64,000 bases of DNA from Alphaproteobacteria bacterium (GTDB taxonomy: Bacteria; Pseudomonadota; Alphaproteobacteria; UBA2966), in assembly GCA_964291395.2 (NCBI GenBank), contig OZ219856.1, forward strand, positions 1,952,001 to 2,016,000, written 5' to 3'. Positions 58,636 through 64,000 of this stretch are shown here, one piece after another. Numbering within the stretch: position 1 is the stretch's first letter; each line of letters starts with the position of its first letter. The notes below the pieces were generated by a model. It was not told the origin of the DNA. It worked only from the letters and a program-made list of their open reading frames with translations, and did not search any database. The position numbers were made by a program, and so were the translations under genes.

Positions 58636-59373
58636 ATGCACACCGATTTCAGCGGCCGCAACGCCTTCGTGACCGGCGCGGGCGGCGGCATGGGGCTTCA
58701 GATCGCGCGCGACCTGATCGATGCCGGCGCGCAAGCCACGCTCTTCGACGTGAAGCCCGCGCCGGGAGATCTTCCTGCCGGCGCCCGTTACGTCCGGGCG
58801 GACCTGCGCTCCGAAGAGGCCGTTGCCCGGGCGCTCGCCGCAAGCTTCGAGGACGCGGGCCGGCTCGACTATCTGGTGAATGCCGCGGGTGTTCTCTGGC
58901 TCGACCGCGACCGCTCCCTAGTCGATATCGATCTCGGCGTCTGGGACGATGTATTCGCGATCAACCTCAAGGGTGCGGCGTTGTGCGCCCGCCACGCCGT
59001 GCCCCTGATGAGGCAGTCAGGCGGAGGCGCGATGGTACACGTCTCCACCATCCAGTGTATGCGCGGCGACGATGCGCCCCAGGACGCCTACCAGGCGTCG
59101 AAGGCCGGCCTGATCGCGCTGTCGAAGTCGATCGCGATCCAATTCGCAGCCGATGGCATCCGCTCCAACACTATCCTGCCGGGTCCCACGCAGACATCGA
59201 TCTGGATCGACAATCCGGCACTCAAGGAGGCAACGACCGCGGCGGTGCCCTTGGGCCGTGTCGGCACCCCTCGAGACATGTCGAACGCCGTGCTCTTCCT
59301 ACTCTCGGACGCCGCCTCGTTCATCACCGGGACCGAGCTGATCGTCGACGGCGGGGTCTTGGCGAAGCCTTAG
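58636..59373 (+). CDS. Short-chain dehydrogenase/reductase
   Basis: TGAGGGMG, NAAG, YQASK and ITGTELIVDGG motifs. Confidence 0.92.
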   Translation: MHTDFSGRNAFVTGAGGGMGLQIARDLIDAGAQATLFDVKPAPGDLPAGARYVRADLRSEEAVARALAASFEDAGRLDYLVNAAGVLWLDRDRSLVDIDLGVWDDVFAINLKGAALCARHAVPLMRQSGGGAMVHVSTIQCMRGDDAPQDAYQASKAGLIALSKSIAIQFAADGIRSNTILPGPTQTSIWIDNPALKEATTAAVPLGRVGTPRDMSNAVLFLLSDAASFITGTELIVDGGVLAKP

Positions 59374-59439
59374 CAGGCTGCTGAAATACCGCCTGTCATT
59401 CCATGCAGAGGAAGCTGGTCTAACTCCCAAGCACCGGCG

Positions 59440-59529
59440 TGGCGCAACGACAAACGTCGTGCCAAGTCTGAATTCTAGGTCGAGGTCTTCGTAGGATCTC
59501 CAGTTGCGGAGGCGGAGTCCGTTAATCAT
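59440..59529 (-). pseudogene. 5' stub of an SMC/SbcC/RecF-like ABC-type ATPase
   Basis: MINGLRLRNWRSYEDLDLEFRLGTTFVVAP, broken exactly where the Walker A (NGxGKT) should begin. Confidence 0.65.
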
Positions 59530-59616
59530 GCAGCCATCCTGACGAGCTCATCCACGCACGACTCGTCCGAGGGTTGGACGTGCCGTGCCATAAAGAGACT
59601 GCTTCACCGGGGTGGT

Positions 59617-59694
59617 TGGTGACCCCAACGGGATTCGAACCCGTGTCTCGACCTTGAAAGGGTCGTGTCCTGGACCTGACTAGACGATGGGGTC
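59617..59694 (-). tRNA. tRNA-Glu(TTC)
   Basis: GACCCCATCGTCTAGTCAGGTCCAGGACACGACCCTTTCAAGGTCGAGACACGGGTTCGAATCCCGTTGGGGTCACCA. Confidence 0.95.
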
Positions 59695-59749
59695 ACGCCG
59701 GCCCCTCATCTAGACGCTGGGACTTGCGAAATCAAGGCGGTTGACGCGG

Positions 59750-61543
59750 TCACACAGGCTCGGCGGCATCCTCGACGATAAGCTGGGCGTCGCGGCGGCC
59801 TTGCCATTCGTCGGCCCGCAGGTGCCCCGCGACATGGAGTTCGGTCCCCACCGACCCCAACAGCGCCTCGCCCAGCGCGTCGCCAGCGCGGCGGAAGGCG
59901 ATGGTCTTGAGCCGACCACCATCGGCGCCCGCCAGGATGCAGCGGACGTGGTCGGACCCTACGATGTCCGCCTTGACGACGCGCGCATCCGCCACGGCGA
60001 ACCGTGGTTCTTCGTTCCCGGATCCGTACGGCCCCGCCTGCTCCAACAGATCCACCAACCCCGCTGTCGCGGCAGCGACACTGAGCGCGCCGTCGAACCC
60101 CATCGAAGGCGCATCGGACGCCGTCGATCCCTGCGCCGCGAGACGACTGACCAGGAATTCCTCCAGCGCCGGGATCTTGTCGGCCTCCACGGTCAATCCC
60201 GCGGCCATCGGATGGCCGCCGCCGTTGACGAGCAGACCCTCCTGACGGGCGGCGATGACGGCCGCACCGAGATCGACACCGCGGACCGACCGGCCTGACC
60301 CCTTTCCCACGCCGTCCGAAATGGCGATGACGAAGGTCGGGCGGCGATACCGCTCGGTCAGCCGGCTTGCGACGATTCCGATAACACCCGGGTGCCAGCC
60401 TTCCTTCGCGACGACGAGCACCGGTCGTTCCGCGCCGGCGGCCTCGGCCAGAATCTTCGCATCCTCGAGCACGAGCGCCTCGACAGTCTTGCGTTCGGCA
60501 TTGTGGCGATCCAACTCTGCCGCCATACGTTCGGCGACAACCGCGTCATCTTCGCCGAGAAGACGCGCGCCGAGGTCGGCCTTGCCGACGCGCCCCCCGG
60601 CGTTGACCCGCGGACCCAAAACGAAGCCGACATGGTACGTCCCCGCCCGCTGACGGAGTCCGGCGACGTCCGCCAGAGCCACGAGGCCCGCGTTGGTCCG
60701 AGAAGCCATAACCTTGAGTCCCTGCACTACCAGCGCCCGGTTCAGCCCGAGCAGCGGTACGGCATCGCAAACCGTACCCAGTGCGACGAGGTCCAGCCAC
60801 CGCCGAAGATCCGGTTCCTCCCGGCCGGACCCCCCTTTCGCGTACCAGCCCGCGCCGCGCAAGGCCCGATTGACGGCCACGGCGAGCAGGAACGCCACGC
60901 CGACGGCAGCGAGGTGGCCAAACTCGCCGCTCTCGTCCAATCGGTTGGGGTTGACGATCGCCAGTGCCTGGGGGAGACCCGCCTCGGGAGCGTGATGATC
61001 CACCACCACGACATCGAGACCGACGGCTCGGGCTTCTCTCAAGGCCTCGTGGGCAGTGGTCCCGCAGTCCACCGTGATCACGACCTTGACGCCCCGCTTC
61101 GCCAAACGCCGCAGGGCAGACACATTGGGACCATAGCCTTCGGCGATGCGATCAGGGATGTAGATCCGGACATCGGTGCCAACCGCACGGAAGAACCGAA
61201 CCAGAAGGGCCGTAGAGGTGGCGCCGTCTACGTCATAGTCGCCAAAGACGGCGATAGGCTGGCCCTGCCGCACCGCCGCGGCGATTCGCTCACTCGCCGT
61301 ATCCATGTCCTGAAGGCGCGAGGGATCGGGGAGCAGGCTCTTGAGCGTGGGATTGAGATAGTCTCGGCCCGACTCGGGAGTCACGCCCCTGCCCGCCAGC
61401 ACGCGGCCCACCACGTCAGGCACCTGCAACGACCGGCAGAGCGCGATGGCGGTGGCATCGTCGACGACCCGTGAGCGCCAAAAGCGACCGGTGAACGAGC
61501 GCTCGATGCCGAGAAAAGGGGATTGGGCAGGGTTTTCGGTCAC
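59750..61543 (-). CDS. recJ: Single-stranded-DNA-specific exonuclease RecJ
   Basis: GDYDVDG, TVDCG, DHH, PRVNAGGR and GGGHPMAAG motifs. Confidence 0.96.
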   Translation of the reverse strand: MTENPAQSPFLGIERSFTGRFWRSRVVDDATAIALCRSLQVPDVVGRVLAGRGVTPESGRDYLNPTLKSLLPDPSRLQDMDTASERIAAAVRQGQPIAVFGDYDVDGATSTALLVRFFRAVGTDVRIYIPDRIAEGYGPNVSALRRLAKRGVKVVITVDCGTTAHEALREARAVGLDVVVVDHHAPEAGLPQALAIVNPNRLDESGEFGHLAAVGVAFLLAVAVNRALRGAGWYAKGGSGREEPDLRRWLDLVALGTVCDAVPLLGLNRALVVQGLKVMASRTNAGLVALADVAGLRQRAGTYHVGFVLGPRVNAGGRVGKADLGARLLGEDDAVVAERMAAELDRHNAERKTVEALVLEDAKILAEAAGAERPVLVVAKEGWHPGVIGIVASRLTERYRRPTFVIAISDGVGKGSGRSVRGVDLGAAVIAARQEGLLVNGGGHPMAAGLTVEADKIPALEEFLVSRLAAQGSTASDAPSMGFDGALSVAAATAGLVDLLEQAGPYGSGNEEPRFAVADARVVKADIVGSDHVRCILAGADGGRLKTIAFRRAGDALGEALLGSVGTELHVAGHLRADEWQGRRDAQLIVEDAAEPV

Positions 61544-61551
61544 ACAGGCGC

Positions 61552-62535
61552 TTAGACGTCGTCGATGAACGGGGATTTCGTGAGGTCGCGGCGCGATCGC
61601 ACCCAGCGCATGGTGCCGGTACGCGAGCGCATCACCAGGGAATGGGTCGTGGCGAGGCTGCCTTCGCGGCGCACCCCGTCGAGCATGTTACCGTCGGTGA
61701 CGCCCGTCGCCGCGAATATGACATCGCCCCGCGCCAGATCGTCGAGCTCGTACCTCCGATTTAAATCCTCGATCCCCAGGGCATGGGCACGCGAACGTTC
61801 GTCGTCACCGCGAAACACGAGACGAGCCTGCATCTGACCCCCGACGCAGCGCAGCGCCGCCGCGGCCAGAACCCCCTGGGGGGCGCCCCCGATCCCGAGG
61901 TAGATATCGATTCCGCTCGCCGGCGTCGAGGTAGCGATCACCCCCGCCACGTCGCCATCGGGAATCAGGCGGATGCGCGCTCCGGCCTCCCGGACCTCGG
62001 CGATGATCTCCTCATGCCGCGGCCGGTTGAGGATACAGGCGACGATGTCGGACGTGTCCACGCCCCGGGCACCGGCGAGCGAACGGATGACATCGGCCGG
62101 CGCCTCACCCAGATCGATGAGCCCGAGAGGCAGGCCCCCGCCGACCGCGAGCTTGTTCATGTAAACGTCGGGCGCATGGAGCAAACCGCCCGGCTCGGAG
62201 AAGGCGACGACGGACATTGCGTTTGCACCGCCGGTCGCAGCAATAGTGGCGCCTTCGAGAGGATCCACGGCGATATCGACGTTCGGCCCGTCCCCGCTGC
62301 CCACTTTTTCACCGATGAACAGCATCGGGGCGTCGTCCCGTTCGCCCTCGCCGATCACCACGGTGCCGTCGACGGCCACGCGGTTGAGCGTCTTGCGCAT
62401 GGCCTCCGTCGCAACTTGGTCCGCTTGGCGCTCGTCACCTTTGCCCACCAGTTCCGCCGCGGCGATCGCCGCAGCCTCGGACGCGCGGAGCGCCTCAATC
62501 GTCAGGTGCCGGTCCAGCGAGTCCTGTTCCGTCAT
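61552..62535 (-). CDS. glpX: Fructose-1,6-bisphosphatase class II
   Basis: IGEGERDDAPML, DIAVDPLEG and APDVYM motifs. Confidence 0.95.
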   Translation of the reverse strand: MTEQDSLDRHLTIEALRASEAAAIAAAELVGKGDERQADQVATEAMRKTLNRVAVDGTVVIGEGERDDAPMLFIGEKVGSGDGPNVDIAVDPLEGATIAATGGANAMSVVAFSEPGGLLHAPDVYMNKLAVGGGLPLGLIDLGEAPADVIRSLAGARGVDTSDIVACILNRPRHEEIIAEVREAGARIRLIPDGDVAGVIATSTPASGIDIYLGIGGAPQGVLAAAALRCVGGQMQARLVFRGDDERSRAHALGIEDLNRRYELDDLARGDVIFAATGVTDGNMLDGVRREGSLATTHSLVMRSRTGTMRWVRSRRDLTKSPFIDDV

Positions 62536-62542
62536 CGGCGAG

Positions 62543-63835
62543 TCACAGCTGTTCCATGCGAATCATCAGGGGCGGCTCGACCACCAATTCGAGTCCCGTG
62601 ATTTCCCGGAGTGCCTTGCGCATTCCCGCCTCGACCGTGACGTGGGTTGTCAGAATGACCGGCACCACTTCACCGGGGTCCCGGCCTCGTTGCAAAACCG
62701 ACTCGAGCGAAACGTTCTCATCTCGAAGAATAGCAGCAACGTCGGCCATGACACCCGGCTTGTCGACCACCATCAGCCGAACGTAGTAAGCGCCGACATG
62801 GTCTTCCATGGGAACCGCCGGCGTCGCTTCGAGAGAGGCGGTCGGAATGCCAAACGCCGGCAGATTGCCGCCCCTTGCGAGATCGATGAGATCGGCGACG
62901 ACGGCAGATGCCGTGGGTTTTTCGCCAGCGCCCCGACCTTCGTAAACCGTGCGGCCCACGAAATCACCTTCCGCCACGACGGCATTGAAGACGCCTTGGA
63001 CGTGCGCGATCGGCGTGTCCCTTGAAACCAGGCAGGGGTGCACCCGCTGCTCCACCCCGCTCTCGGTGGCCCTTGCGATAGCCAGAAGCTTGATGCGAAA
63101 CCCCAGCTCGCGGGCGTATTCGATGTCGACTGCGCCGATGTCGCGGATACCTTCGATGAATACCGAATCGAATTCCACTGGACGGCCGAATGCAAGACTG
63201 GTGAGCAGCGCCAGCTTGTGCGCCGCGTCGATGCCGTCGACATCGAAGCCAGGATCGGCTTCCGCGTACCCCAGCACCTGGGCCTCGGCCAGAACCTCGT
63301 CGAATTCCCGGCCCGTCTCCTCCATGGCCGTCAGGATATAATTGCAGGTGCCATTCAGGATGCCGTAGACACGGTTGATCCGATTCCCGGCAAGTCCTTC
63401 ACGCAACGCCTTCACGATGGGAATCCCGCCCGCGACGGCCGCCTCGTAGGCGAGACCTACACCGGCCTGCTCCGCCTGCCGCGCGAGGCGCGTCCCATGG
63501 ATCGCCATCATGGCCTTGTTGGCGGTGACTACGCTCTTGTTCGCGGCGATCGCGGATTCGACGGCGTCAAGCGCCACTCCATCGGCACCGCCGATGAGTT
63601 CGACGACGACATCGACCTCGTCGTCCGCAGCAAGTTCCCGCGGGTCCTCGAACCATCGTGTCCCGAAGAGATCGACCCCGCGGTTCCGCTGGCGGTCCCG
63701 GGCCGAAACCGCGGTGACGGCGAGGACCCGGCCGCAGCGTCGCTCCAGCAGCCCGGACTGGCCATGGAGAAGTTTGACGACGCCGGCACCGACGCTGCCG
63801 AGGCCGGCGACTCCGATCCTCAGGGGGTCAGGCAT
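62543..63835 (-). CDS. hom: Homoserine dehydrogenase with ACT domain
   Basis: GLGSVG, VTANKA, EAAVAGGIP, ILNGTCN and DAAHKL motifs. Confidence 0.96.
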   Translation of the reverse strand: MPDPLRIGVAGLGSVGAGVVKLLHGQSGLLERRCGRVLAVTAVSARDRQRNRGVDLFGTRWFEDPRELAADDEVDVVVELIGGADGVALDAVESAIAANKSVVTANKAMMAIHGTRLARQAEQAGVGLAYEAAVAGGIPIVKALREGLAGNRINRVYGILNGTCNYILTAMEETGREFDEVLAEAQVLGYAEADPGFDVDGIDAAHKLALLTSLAFGRPVEFDSVFIEGIRDIGAVDIEYARELGFRIKLLAIARATESGVEQRVHPCLVSRDTPIAHVQGVFNAVVAEGDFVGRTVYEGRGAGEKPTASAVVADLIDLARGGNLPAFGIPTASLEATPAVPMEDHVGAYYVRLMVVDKPGVMADVAAILRDENVSLESVLQRGRDPGEVVPVILTTHVTVEAGMRKALREITGLELVVEPPLMIRMEQL

Positions 63836-63886
63836 GGGCGCGCCGAGTCACCTGTACGAGGCAGAATTCCGGAGGCACTCCAGCCC

Positions 63887-64000
63887 CTAGAATGAGTAGA
63901 AAATCTCGGCCCGCCGGTTTCCGGCCTCGCCCTTGGGCATCGACTCGTGGAACACCGGCTGCGAGTCGCTGACAGCGGAAATTTGAATGGCGTTCTTGTC
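63887..64000 (-). CDS. OmpA-family (peptidoglycan-binding) protein, 3' end only
   Basis: Manual translation ...ISAVSDSQPVFHESMPKGEAGNRRAEIFYSF*, the NRRAEI OmpA C-terminal motif. Confidence 0.75.
   Translation of the reverse strand, partial: DKNAIQISAVSDSQPVFHESMPKGEAGNRRAEIFYSF

Overview
High-GC bacterial chromosome segment, most likely an alphaproteobacterium (Rhodospirillales-like; csp-DUF192-tRNA-Pro-NDUFS4-like-tRNA-Arg and hom-glpX-recJ synteny). It contains znuA/znuCB with a beta-carbonic anhydrase, and a visibly lower-GC ~11 kb accessory block (~10.5-21.6 kb) ending at the 3' end of tRNA-Arg(UCU). It also has a TPP riboswitch-controlled ThiXYZ-type ABC transporter, a 10-gene Mrp antiporter operon, a form II cox-like molybdenum hydroxylase cluster (coxG-S-L-M-D-E-xdhC-xdhC-mocA), tandem flavin monooxygenases, class I fumarase, three tRNAs and several truncated gene stubs. 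Main finding: two ORFs in the accessory block (15164-15862 and 15953-16735) are one continuous reading frame of a linalool dehydratase/isomerase (Ldi)-like protein. A single in-frame TGA falls at the position of the second catalytic Cys (CE-x7-C becomes CE-x7-U). It is followed by a hairpin with a GGUCU loop at the same spacing as the E. coli fdhF SECIS. This is a candidate selenocysteine-containing hydro-lyase/isomerase, a selenoprotein family I do not recognise as described. All family assignments come from motif recognition by eye; no searches were run.
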